NCBI GenBank assembly: GCA_030690305.1
Contig: JAUYHB010000020.1
Coordinates: 87,535 to 151,534 of the forward strand
Source: a bacterium
GTDB lineage: Bacteria > Patescibacteriota > Minisyncoccia > Phycocordibacterales > JAGLPS01
Length of the DNA stretch: 64,000 nt
Reading direction: 5' to 3'
The position numbers and the translations under genes were made by a program. Shown piece by piece: positions 18,581 through 26,654 of the stretch. The notes beneath the pieces are model-generated. The model was not told the DNA's origin and did no database searches. It saw nothing but the letters and a program-made list of their open reading frames with translations. Position 1 is the stretch's first letter, and every line of letters starts with the position of its first letter.

Positions 18581-19431
18581 AGAAAAATCCTACAGTAGGC
18601 ATTATCGGCGATAAAGGAAGTTTCGGCACACGACTCAAGGAATTCTGTCTTGCAAACGGTTTCCGTGTCATCGGTTCCGACCTCCACACGCCTTTATCAA
18701 ACGAAGACGTAGTGAAAAAATCGGATGTCGTGATTTTTTCCGTTCTCCCTCATGTGGCAGTTAAAGTTATTGAGGAAGCCTTGCCGTTTTCCCGCCCAGA
18801 CCAGCTTTGGCTTGATGTAACATCGGTCAAAGTTATTCCAATCGAGCTTATGCGGAAATCGAAAGCGGAAGTTGTCGGGCTTCACCCGATGGCCGCACCG
18901 TCTGTCGATTCATTTGAAGGTCAGGTTATCTTCAGGTGTGTTGAGAGACTCGGCCGATGGCGTGGTTGGCTTGATGCGTTTCTTGCCCTTACCAAGGCAA
19001 AGATTGTTGATTACCAGCCGCATACTCATGACATCTATGTAGCTCCGGGACAGCCGGTTCTGCACAGCACTCTCATCGCAATGATGGGAATGGTGGGAAT
19101 ACTGCGCATTCAACAGCTTGACCCAAGAATGTTTCTTGAGCAGGCGACCCCTCTGTGTTATTGGTATCTTGTTTTGGGGGCGCGGGTGCTGAGCAGAGAC
19201 CCGCAACTGTATGCCGACATACAATTGTTCAATCCCTACGCGCTTTCTGCCCTTAGAATTTTCCAGTCTACCATTGCAAAACTGATAGACATGATTGAGA
19301 AAAACGACAAGGAGGGATTCATCGCGGAGTTTACACAAGTCAAATCTTATTTCAAAGAAGAGAGTTTACACGAACTCTCGGAACTCTTTGAAAAAGTTGT
19401 AAAGGATGTTGCCCAAGAACGGGCTAAATAA
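18577..19431 (+). CDS. tyrA: Prephenate/arogenate dehydrogenase
   Basis: N-terminal NAD-binding GxGxxG and the HPMAAP motif. Overlaps pheA by 4 nt. Confidence 0.75.
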   Translation: MKKNPTVGIIGDKGSFGTRLKEFCLANGFRVIGSDLHTPLSNEDVVKKSDVVIFSVLPHVAVKVIEEALPFSRPDQLWLDVTSVKVIPIELMRKSKAEVVGLHPMAAPSVDSFEGQVIFRCVERLGRWRGWLDAFLALTKAKIVDYQPHTHDIYVAPGQPVLHSTLIAMMGMVGILRIQQLDPRMFLEQATPLCYWYLVLGARVLSRDPQLYADIQLFNPYALSALRIFQSTIAKLIDMIEKNDKEGFIAEFTQVKSYFKEESLHELSELFEKVVKDVAQERAK

Positions 19432-19446
19432 ATCAGTTCGTTACCC

Positions 19447-19480
19447 AAACAGGGTGGTTAAAAACCACCCTGTTTTTTGT
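19447..19480 (+). terminator. Intrinsic terminator after tyrA
   Basis: aacagggtggtt-aaaa-accaccctgtt followed by tttttg. Confidence 0.75.
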
Positions 19481-19617
19481 TTGTGCGGTCACGAGTATTT
19501 TTTCGCCGTCGCTCAAAAATCTCGCGACCCAAGCCCGCGATTTTACCTACTGGCAAAATATCGCTCCGCTCAGCACAAGTGTGCAAAAAAGCAAAACCAT
19601 TTGCTTTTTCTTCCTTG

Positions 19618-19689
19618 TGCTCCCGGCAGGAATCGGACCTGCATCGCAAGATCCGCAATCTCGCATTCTATCCATTGAACTACGGGAGC
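19618..19689 (-). tRNA. tRNA-Arg, anticodon read as GCG. The T-loop TCCGATT is atypical.
   Basis: Manual cloverleaf: acceptor GCTCCCG/CGGGAGC, D arm GTTC AATGGATA GAAT, anticodon stem CGAGA/TCTTG, loop TTGCGGA. An AU-rich terminator follows downstream. Confidence 0.7.
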
Positions 19690-19745
19690 GAATGAGAAAA
19701 CAATAAATAAAGATGTGTAGGAAAGCAAGTCTGATTACCCGAAAA

Positions 19746-20201
19746 TCAGAAGCCCAATCTTTCCATAATCATTTCGAGAAGTGGCTCCACAATTTCTTTT
19801 TCTTCAAGGTGCGATTTGAGATATCCCTGTATCACATCGGCACCCATGTCTTCAATGCCGATAACGACAAGGGGAGAAAACGTGGCCTTTGTTTTCAAAA
19901 TAATTCGTGGCCATTCATCCTCTGACGCTACCCAAAACGATTCAAGGTTCGCATACGGGTAAAAATCTTTTCCCGCGCGCACTCCTTTCATCCCGATTTC
20001 AATATCAAGAAGAAGCGGCTCACGTGACGCATACATCATTAACGCTCCAGCGGCAATGAGAATTAAAATTCCGAAGAGAAAATTGTTGAAAAGAACGGAA
20101 GTAACGGCAACAGACACGGCAATAATGCCAACAGCCCAAAACCAGTCAGCACTTTTCTTTTTATACACGTACTCGTATGTCTGCCACTTGAGAGACTCCA
20201 T
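19746..20201 (-). CDS. Hypothetical membrane protein (two N-terminal TM helices plus a PH-like domain)
   Basis: ORF with TM segments. No confident family. Confidence 0.5.
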   Translation of the reverse strand: MESLKWQTYEYVYKKKSADWFWAVGIIAVSVAVTSVLFNNFLFGILILIAAGALMMYASREPLLLDIEIGMKGVRAGKDFYPYANLESFWVASEDEWPRIILKTKATFSPLVVIGIEDMGADVIQGYLKSHLEEKEIVEPLLEMIMERLGF

Positions 20202-20239
20202 ACCGATTTATTGTAACACGGGAGAAAAACATTAAACTG

Positions 20240-20326
20240 CGGAGAGGGTGAGATTCGAACTCACGGTACCCTTTCAGGTACTCCGGTTTTCAAGACCGGT
20301 GCAATCGACCACTCTGCCACCTCTCC
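20240..20326 (-). tRNA. tRNA-Ser (anticodon TGA), type II with a long variable arm
   Basis: Acceptor GGAGAGG/CCTCTCC, anticodon loop CTTGAAA, variable arm GTACC-TGAAAG-GGTAC, T arm GTGAG TTCGAAT CTCAC. Confidence 0.85.
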
Positions 20327-20344
20327 AGGGTGGATTTTGAAAAC

Positions 20345-20581
20345 TTACCCTTCTTTTATCTCAACTGTGTATTTTTTAGAGATTAACAGAAGATATACTA
20401 TTTCCAATATTCCGAGGGAATTGATGAACAAAATCGCTATAAACCACCACTTCTGATTGAGTTGTGCCGCTTTCCACAGGGCAAGCCCTTTAAGAATAGT
20501 GATTAAAATGAGGACAAATGATATAAGTCCCGCGTTTTGCTCTATGAATATTCTGAATCCCTCGTCCATGGCGAATATCAT
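20345..20581 (-). CDS. Small hypothetical membrane protein (78 aa, two TM helices)
   Basis: ORF plus hydrophobic segments. Confidence 0.4.
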   Translation of the reverse strand: MIFAMDEGFRIFIEQNAGLISFVLILITILKGLALWKAAQLNQKWWFIAILFINSLGILEIVYLLLISKKYTVEIKEG

Positions 20582-20625
20582 ACCAGAAAAAGACCCCAGC
20601 GCAATTTCGGTGGTATACTCCTTTT

Positions 20626-21021
20626 ATGCGATATTTGGGAATCGATTATGGTACGAAGCGCATTGGAGTGGCGCTTTCTGATGAAAATGGAAGTCTCGCT
20701 TTTCCCTCGAACGTGGTAAAAAGCGGGAAAAATGCCTTGGAGGAGATAAAACTTATCTGTGAAAAAAATAATGTGGGTGCCATTGTTGTCGGAGAATCAA
20801 CCGATTTTAAGGGTCGTGATAATCCGATCATGGAAGAAATAAAAAACTTTGTGTCGGTTCTTGAAAAAGAGACAAACCTTCCCGTGGACCTTGAACCGGA
20901 GTTTCTTACCTCCGCTCAGGCCTCCCGTATTCAAGGAGAGCACGGGAAAATAGACACATCGGCCGCGGCACTTATTTTGCAAGCGTATCTCGACAAAAAA
21001 AGAAATGGCGACAATCGATGA
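20626..21021 (+). CDS. ruvX: RuvC-like resolvase / pre-16S rRNA nuclease YqgF (RuvX)
   Basis: MRYLGIDYGTKRIGVALSD N-terminus typical of YqgF. Confidence 0.8.
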   Translation: MRYLGIDYGTKRIGVALSDENGSLAFPSNVVKSGKNALEEIKLICEKNNVGAIVVGESTDFKGRDNPIMEEIKNFVSVLEKETNLPVDLEPEFLTSAQASRIQGEHGKIDTSAAALILQAYLDKKRNGDNR

Positions 21022-21331
21022 TTTTAATGCTACAGAAATAAAAATCGGGAAAATTATTTCTGCGGAAAAAATTCCGGAAACGGATAAACTTTTGTGTCTG
21101 GTGGTGGATTTCGGAGAGGAGAATCCTCGCCAGGTTGTCTCGGGGATAGCCCCGTATTTTGAAGATACGGAAACCCTTGTTGGAATCTGTTGTGCGTTTG
21201 CGACAAACCTTGAGCCACGTATTATCAAAGGCTTCGAGAGTCAGGCGATGATTCTTGGAATAAAAACGGAAGATAATTTTTCTCTTCTTATTCCCTCGCA
21301 TAACGTGCTACTCGGAAGCAAAGCGGGATAA
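21005..21331 (+). CDS. Stand-alone tRNA-binding domain protein (CsaA/Trbp111/Myf-like OB fold)
   Basis: EIKIGKIISAEKIPETDKLLCLVVDFGEE matches the tRNA-binding domain that is fused to the MetRS C-terminus in other bacteria. Confidence 0.75.
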   Translation: MATIDDFNATEIKIGKIISAEKIPETDKLLCLVVDFGEENPRQVVSGIAPYFEDTETLVGICCAFATNLEPRIIKGFESQAMILGIKTEDNFSLLIPSHNVLLGSKAG

Positions 21332-21382
21332 TGTGCGCGACGCTCTCCGTTTGAAAGAAAAGATACTATATAATAGAGGATA

Positions 21383-22429
21383 ATGAAGAAAAAGAGCTTC
21401 TTTGATTTTTTCCCCGCCCCAAAATTTCTCAAAATGCCCGCTGTCGGGCTTTCACTTTCCGATGACGCCATTCGATTCGTGGAATACGAGCGTACGCTTA
21501 AAGGTTTGCGCATCAAGCGTTTTGGAGAGAAAGCCGTTCCAACGCAAGTAATGCGTTCCGGGCACATTGAAAATGCCCAATCTTTTATTGAGATTCTCAA
21601 GGAATTCAAAAAACGCCACAATCTTTCTTTTGTCCGCACGGCGCTTCCGGAAGAGAAAGGGTATCTTTTCCAGACCGAAGTGCCTATTGTCAGTCCTAAA
21701 GAGGTGCGGGAGAGTATCGAGTTTAAAATTGAAGAAAACGTCCCACTTTCCCTTTCCGAAGTCGTGTTTGATTATCGTGTGGTGCGGGCGCGGGAAGACA
21801 AAAATTACCTTGAGGTTGTCGTGTGCGTTCTTCCCGTCAAAGTCGCAACGATGTATTCGGATATTCTTAAAGCCGCTGAGCTTACGCCACTGTCCTTGGG
21901 TATTCAGTCGCAGGCTATTTCGCAGGCGGTTATCAAAGAAGGCGACGAACGGGCGATTTTGGTTCTTAATATGGACAAAACAACAGCCGGTTTTTACATT
22001 GTGAACGAAGGAGTGGTCCACTTTTCTTCAACGATTACGCGTGGAAGTCAGTCCCTGTTCACGGCTTTTCCGGAAGAAGTGCGAGAATCCCTGAAAAAAG
22101 ACGAGAAGGGGAAAAAATATCTTCCCGAAGCGTTTCAGCCAGAAGCGGCGGCGGTATTCAGAGACACCATTAAAAAGTTTATTTCTTACTGGGATACATA
22201 TAAAGGAAACACCGAAGGAAAAACGATTGAAAAAATTATTCTCTGCGGCGACAGCTCTCACAATCAGGATTTCCTCAACTATATATCTTCCGGAACGGGC
22301 GTGCTCACCGATACGGGTAATGTGTGGACGAATGCTTTTTCTTTTGACGATTATATTCCCGAAATTCCCTTTGAAAAATCACTTCTGTTTGCGGAAGCCT
22401 CGGGACTTGCGTTACCTATAGACGAATAA
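21383..22429 (+). CDS. pilM: Type IV pilus assembly protein PilM (actin-like ATPase fold)
   Basis: Size, position ahead of pilN/pilO and a PilM-like N-terminus. Confidence 0.65.
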   Translation: MKKKSFFDFFPAPKFLKMPAVGLSLSDDAIRFVEYERTLKGLRIKRFGEKAVPTQVMRSGHIENAQSFIEILKEFKKRHNLSFVRTALPEEKGYLFQTEVPIVSPKEVRESIEFKIEENVPLSLSEVVFDYRVVRAREDKNYLEVVVCVLPVKVATMYSDILKAAELTPLSLGIQSQAISQAVIKEGDERAILVLNMDKTTAGFYIVNEGVVHFSSTITRGSQSLFTAFPEEVRESLKKDEKGKKYLPEAFQPEAAAVFRDTIKKFISYWDTYKGNTEGKTIEKIILCGDSSHNQDFLNYISSGTGVLTDTGNVWTNAFSFDDYIPEIPFEKSLLFAEASGLALPIDE

Positions 22430-22430
22430 T

Positions 22431-22970
22431 ATGTTTAATCTTTTACCAGAAATTGAAAAGAAAAATATCCGTACGATTTACAATGACCGCCGCATGGTTC
22501 TCTCGCTCCTGCTTCTTACGATAACCGGCGTCATTGCTTTTCTTCTCATCATTCCGTCCTTCATTATGACGAAGGCAAAGGAGGCGGAAACAGTCTCGCA
22601 AGTCGGACTCTTACGCGAGGCGCTTGCTTCAAAAGATGTTGACGACCTCAACAATGCAATCACGGTTGCACGCGATGAAATCAAGGCGCTTCAAGAAACG
22701 AACGGTTCAACACTTTCCGTGCACGACCTGTTTCTCAAGGTTCTTTCGCACAAATCGGCCAATATTCGGGTAACGGGACTTTTGTACGGGACGGTTGGGG
22801 AAAAACACGAAATTGTCGTAAATGGCATAGCGCGTGACCGCGAATCGCTTCTGACGTTTGCCCAAGAAATAGGCAAAGAGCAGGTTTTTTCAGATATAAG
22901 CCTTCCTGTGTCTAATTTCGCCAAAAACAAAGACATAGAATTTTCTTTCAGCGTAACAGGGGATTTTTAA
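22431..22970 (+). CDS. pilN: Type IV pilus assembly protein PilN
   Basis: MFNLLPE... N-terminus, single TM helix, 179 aa, immediately after pilM. Confidence 0.65.
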   Translation: MFNLLPEIEKKNIRTIYNDRRMVLSLLLLTITGVIAFLLIIPSFIMTKAKEAETVSQVGLLREALASKDVDDLNNAITVARDEIKALQETNGSTLSVHDLFLKVLSHKSANIRVTGLLYGTVGEKHEIVVNGIARDRESLLTFAQEIGKEQVFSDISLPVSNFAKNKDIEFSFSVTGDF

Positions 22971-22971
22971 C

Positions 22972-23562
22972 ATGAAATTTTCACCGCACCTAAAACAAAA
23001 TATACTCATCTTCGTTGTCTTCAACATCCTTTCTTTTGGCGTGTATCTTGGCGCATTCTTTATGATGAAGAGCGCCCAGGAACACACGTCCCTTCTGTTG
23101 AATCAACTGGAAACAGACATAAAAACGAATGACACTCTGCAATCCATTGAAACGGTGCTCGCCGACGCGAAGGGGGATATCGAGAAACTCGAATCATATT
23201 TTGTCGGACGGGACGGTATCGTTGATTTTATCGAAACGATCGAGTCATATGGACGCACAAGTGGCGTGAAAATGTCTATAGATTTTGTCGGTGTTGAGGG
23301 GGGAACGCAGGCAAACAATAAAGGAGACGTGAAAGAAACCCTCCGCATAAAACTTTCAACCGAGGGGTCATGGACCGCGACCGTCCACTTCCTCTCCCTT
23401 ATCGAACACATGCCGTTCCGCATTAATATGGACCGCGTAAGTTTTCTTTACTCTCCCACGTCGGAATCATCCCTTTCCTTCACCCCGCCGAAGGGGGTGA
23501 CATTGCCTAAAAACAGAGTCTGGAAAAGCGGCATTGAATTAACGGCGCTTAAGCTCAGATAA
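22972..23562 (+). CDS. pilO: Type IV pilus assembly protein PilO-like
   Basis: TM helix plus coiled coil, translationally coupled to pilN. Confidence 0.55.
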   Translation: MKFSPHLKQNILIFVVFNILSFGVYLGAFFMMKSAQEHTSLLLNQLETDIKTNDTLQSIETVLADAKGDIEKLESYFVGRDGIVDFIETIESYGRTSGVKMSIDFVGVEGGTQANNKGDVKETLRIKLSTEGSWTATVHFLSLIEHMPFRINMDRVSFLYSPTSESSLSFTPPKGVTLPKNRVWKSGIELTALKLR

Positions 23563-23563
23563 T

Positions 23564-23902
23564 ATGGAAGAAAAAAAGAAAAATATAATAGGGGACTTCC
23601 TTAAAAAGCTTTCCAAAAAGAAAACGTATGACTACTCACACGAAACATTCGACTCTCGTCGTGACTGGTCGGCGATACTTGTGATATTTATTGTTCTTGT
23701 TCTCATCGGCGGGTCATTTAACTTCTATCTGTTCCTTCGTATCACCGCCGGGGATATTTTTGAAGCGCAGTCCGACCCTGTTCAAACAAAGACCCTTGAT
23801 AGGAAGGCTATCCGAGATGTCATCGACTCTTTTGAAAAAAAGGCCGCTGACCTTGAAGAAATAAAAGAATCCCCATTTCCGGTTCCGGATCCGCTCCTCT
23901 GA
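23564..23902 (+). CDS. Small membrane protein in the pilus operon (possible PilP-like component)
   Basis: Single TM helix. Coupled to pilO (ATG overlaps the stop). Confidence 0.4.
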   Translation: MEEKKKNIIGDFLKKLSKKKTYDYSHETFDSRRDWSAILVIFIVLVLIGGSFNFYLFLRITAGDIFEAQSDPVQTKTLDRKAIRDVIDSFEKKAADLEEIKESPFPVPDPLL

Positions 23903-23969
23903 CTTTTTCTCTTTCGCAATTTCGTGTAGTATATTCTCACAATCAATGCCGTGCTTTAAGAGTGATTGT

Positions 23970-24041
23970 GCCCTCGTAGTTCAATGGATAGAACTGCGCT
24001 CTTCTAAGGCGTTAATGTAGGTTCGATTCCTACCGAGGGCA
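23970..24041 (+). tRNA. tRNA-Arg (anticodon TCT)
   Basis: Acceptor GCCCTCG/CGAGGGC, D arm GTTC AATGGATA GAAC, anticodon loop CTTCTAA, T arm GTAGG TTCGATT CCTAC. Confidence 0.85.
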
Positions 24042-24129
24042 TTCGGAAGTAATAGTAAAAAATTCGGTAAGAAATTTGCGCACTTACGCTATTTTGATAG
24101 GCTCAAGAGTATGCAAAGGCAGTGAAAAC

Positions 24130-24205
24130 GCGCGCTTAGCTCAGTTGGTAGAGCAACGCTTTTACACAGCGAAGGTCGGGGGTTCAAGTCCCTCAGCGCG
24201 CACCA
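24130..24205 (+). tRNA. tRNA-Val (anticodon TAC), CCA encoded
   Basis: Acceptor GCGCGCT/AGCGCGC, D arm GCTC AGTTGGTA GAGC, anticodon loop TTTACAC, T arm GGGGG TTCAAGT CCCTC, then ACCA. Confidence 0.9.
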
Positions 24206-24240
24206 AGTCAAAATCTGATAGATCGTTCTATCAGATTTTG
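24206..24240 (+). terminator. Intrinsic terminator after tRNA-Val
   Basis: aaatctgataga-tcgt-tctatcagattt 12-bp stem followed by Us. Confidence 0.75.
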
Positions 24241-24401
24241 TACTTTCGATAGTTATGCTGAGGGACTTGAAAGATTTTGCGCGGGTACCCGTTCAGCAGA
24301 ATGGGTCGCAAAATCAGGGCCGAGAAATTTTTCACTGCGACGGCGGTGAAAAATGTTCTTGGCCAAGCCCTAGAGCCCGCACCAAGTCAAAATTCAAATA
24401 C

Positions 24402-24671
24402 ATGCATCGCATCGAATGTGTCGTCACCGGTAAAGTCCAAGGAGTTTTTTTCCGGGACTTTGCTAAAGAAAACGCCGATGAACTGGGAATTGTTGGTGAC
24501 ATAAAAAATCAAGAGGACGGTTCGGTATTTCTTGTTGCGGAAGGAGGGAAATCCGCGCTTGAAAATTTTATAACGAAATTATCAAAAGGCCCCCAGTCCG
24601 CCCAGGTTACAAATGTGTCGGTCGCGTGGAGGGAAGCGGTCGGCGGATATAATTTTTTCTCGATTTCATAA
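24402..24671 (+). CDS. acyP: Acylphosphatase (start trimmed to MHRIECVV)
   Basis: VxGxVQGVxFR motif (VTGKVQGVFFRDF), about 89 aa. Confidence 0.8.
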   Translation: MHRIECVVTGKVQGVFFRDFAKENADELGIVGDIKNQEDGSVFLVAEGGKSALENFITKLSKGPQSAQVTNVSVAWREAVGGYNFFSIS

Positions 24672-25382
24672 ATGGAAATTCCTGTTTTATACGAAGACGA
24701 CGATATTGTTGCGATAAATAAGCCCGCGGGGCTCATTGTTCATTCTGACGGAAAAACGGAAGAATATAGCGTTGCGCAGTGGGCAGCAGAACGATATCCG
24801 GGGATTGAGTTGGTGGGGGAACCGACCATGCTTTCTTCCGGAAAAACCGTATTGCGACCGGGTATTGTACACCGCCTCGACAGGGAAACATCAGGTGTGT
24901 TGCTTGTCGCAAAAACAAAAGAAAGTTTCCTTCATCTCAAACGGCAATTTAAAAACAGGAAAGTCGCGAAGGTTTACCATTTTTTTGTCTATGGAGAAAT
25001 AAAAAAAGAAGACGGAATGATTAATCTTCCCATAGGAAGAAGCAGTACCGATTTTAGAAAACGTACTGCCGAACGCGGGGCGCGCGGGGAATTGAGGGAA
25101 GCGGTAACATATTACCGCGTGCTCAAACACAATCCCGAATTTACTTTCATAGAAGCCCGCCCACAAACAGGAAGAACTCACCAAATACGCGTTCATTTTA
25201 AGGCGATTTCACGTCCTATCGTCTGCGACCGCTTGTATGCCCCTAAATTGCCGCCAATCCTTGGCTTTAACCGCCTTGCCCTTCATGCCAAATCCCTTTC
25301 TTTTACGGGCTTAAAAGGTAAAAAAATCACTCTCGAAGCCCCTTATCCATCCGATTTTCAAACGGCAGTCGAGTCCTTGTGA
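24672..25382 (+). CDS. RluA-family pseudouridine synthase
   Basis: Catalytic motif HRLDRETSG. Confidence 0.8.
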   Translation: MEIPVLYEDDDIVAINKPAGLIVHSDGKTEEYSVAQWAAERYPGIELVGEPTMLSSGKTVLRPGIVHRLDRETSGVLLVAKTKESFLHLKRQFKNRKVAKVYHFFVYGEIKKEDGMINLPIGRSSTDFRKRTAERGARGELREAVTYYRVLKHNPEFTFIEARPQTGRTHQIRVHFKAISRPIVCDRLYAPKLPPILGFNRLALHAKSLSFTGLKGKKITLEAPYPSDFQTAVESL

Positions 25383-25428
25383 GCGTTGTCAAACGAAACT
25401 TCTTGTGATAGATTGTTTCTCTATGATT

Positions 25429-25887
25429 ATGACGGATATAAAAATTTCACCTATAAACGTTGAGGAACGAAAAAAGCTTGATATACGCTCCGGAGACACG
25501 GTCCGCGTATGGCAAAAAATCAAGGAAGGAGAGAAATTCCGATTGCAGGCTTTTGAAGGTCTCATCATCGCACGCAAACACGGAGCAGAGGCCGGAGGCA
25601 CTTTTACGGTGCGTAATGTTTCAAGCGGAATCGGAACCGAAAAAATCTTCCCGTTATTTTCTCCCATGATAGACAAAATAGAAGTCGTAAAGCGCTCAAG
25701 AGTACGTCGGGCAAAGCTCTATCACATTAAATACAAAGCTGCCAAGGAAGTGCGCCGCCAGATGCGAAACATCAGAGCGGTTCCCGAAGTTGAAGAAATG
25801 ATTGCTCCGGCAGAAAGCGGAGAAGTAAAGACGGAAGAGGTAGCACAGGAATCAATAAAAGAATCAAAAGAAAAGAAAACGGCCTAG
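25429..25887 (+). CDS. rplS: 50S ribosomal protein L19 with a charged C-terminal extension
   Basis: L19 core [27 protein letters not shown]... Confidence 0.8.
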   Translation: MTDIKISPINVEERKKLDIRSGDTVRVWQKIKEGEKFRLQAFEGLIIARKHGAEAGGTFTVRNVSSGIGTEKIFPLFSPMIDKIEVVKRSRVRRAKLYHIKYKAAKEVRRQMRNIRAVPEVEEMIAPAESGEVKTEEVAQESIKESKEKKTA

Positions 25888-25900
25888 GCCGTTTTCTTGA
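25875..25900 (+). terminator. Terminator hairpin enclosing the rplS stop codon
   Basis: gaaaacggcc-tag-gccgttttc. Confidence 0.55.
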
Positions 25901-25955
25901 TTAGAGGACGGAAGTTAGGCATAATACACAACATTCCCCTCAAGAAAGTCTCAAT

Positions 25956-26038
25956 GCCCAGGTGGTGGAATTGGTATACACACACGTTTGAGGGGCGTGG
26001 CCTTTTACGGCGTGAGGGTTCAACTCCCTCCCTGGGCA
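25956..26038 (+). tRNA. tRNA-Leu (anticodon GAG), type II
   Basis: Acceptor GCCCAGG/CCTGGGC, 3-bp D stem GTG/CAC with loop AATTGGTAT, anticodon stem CACGT/GCGTG, loop TTGAGGG, variable arm GCC-TTTTAC-GGC, T arm GAGGG TTCAACT CCCTC. Confidence 0.85.
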
Positions 26039-26044
26039 CTATGA

Positions 26045-26072
26045 CAAACCGCCAGTTTTTACTGGCGGTTTA
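26045..26072. terminator. Bidirectional terminator between tRNA-Leu and the minus-strand PduO gene
   Basis: aaaccgccagt-tttt-actggcggttt. Confidence 0.7.
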
Positions 26073-26074
26073 AT

Positions 26075-26623
26075 CTAATAATGCGGCGACTCCTCCTTTA
26101 TACCAAATCTGTGGTTTGCGAATCTGGCAAGAGCGTATAAGAGCGAAGAAAGCCGATTCAAAAAAACGAGAACCATTGGGTCTATTTTTGTTTTTTGTTC
26201 TTCGGAAACCGCGACCGCTCTTCTTTCTGCACGCCGTGCGAGGGTACGCGCAAAATCAAGATGCGCGGCAAGCGACGTTCCGCCGGACACAAAAAATGTT
26301 TTTATCGGAGGCAGTTCTTTCTCTATCGTGTCAATTACGGATTCCATATAGGTGATTTTCTCTTGCGAAATTGTCTTTTCCGCTCCGGCGACATGCGCTT
26401 GCACGATAAAAAGATTCTGTTGTATCCAGTCAATTATGCTTGCGAAACTGTGCTCGTCTCTTAACGGGTTTTTTGCATCAGGATTTGTTTTGCATATACC
26501 CAAAAAAGAATTGCATTCATCCAGAGAGCCCAACGTTTCGGCAACTGCCGAACTCTTTGAAATACGCTGGTCGCACCCAAACGTTTTTGTTGTTCCTCCG
26601 TCTCCTTTTCGGGTATAGAGCAT
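26075..26623 (-). CDS. PduO-type ATP:cob(I)alamin adenosyltransferase
   Basis: N-terminus MLYTRKGDGGTTKTFGCDQRISK...DECNSFLGI closely follows the PduO/MMAB family N-terminus. Confidence 0.75.
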   Translation of the reverse strand: MLYTRKGDGGTTKTFGCDQRISKSSAVAETLGSLDECNSFLGICKTNPDAKNPLRDEHSFASIIDWIQQNLFIVQAHVAGAEKTISQEKITYMESVIDTIEKELPPIKTFFVSGGTSLAAHLDFARTLARRAERRAVAVSEEQKTKIDPMVLVFLNRLSSLLYALARFANHRFGIKEESPHY

Positions 26624-26654
26624 ATATTTTTAAATTGAGCGGCGAGAGTTGTTC

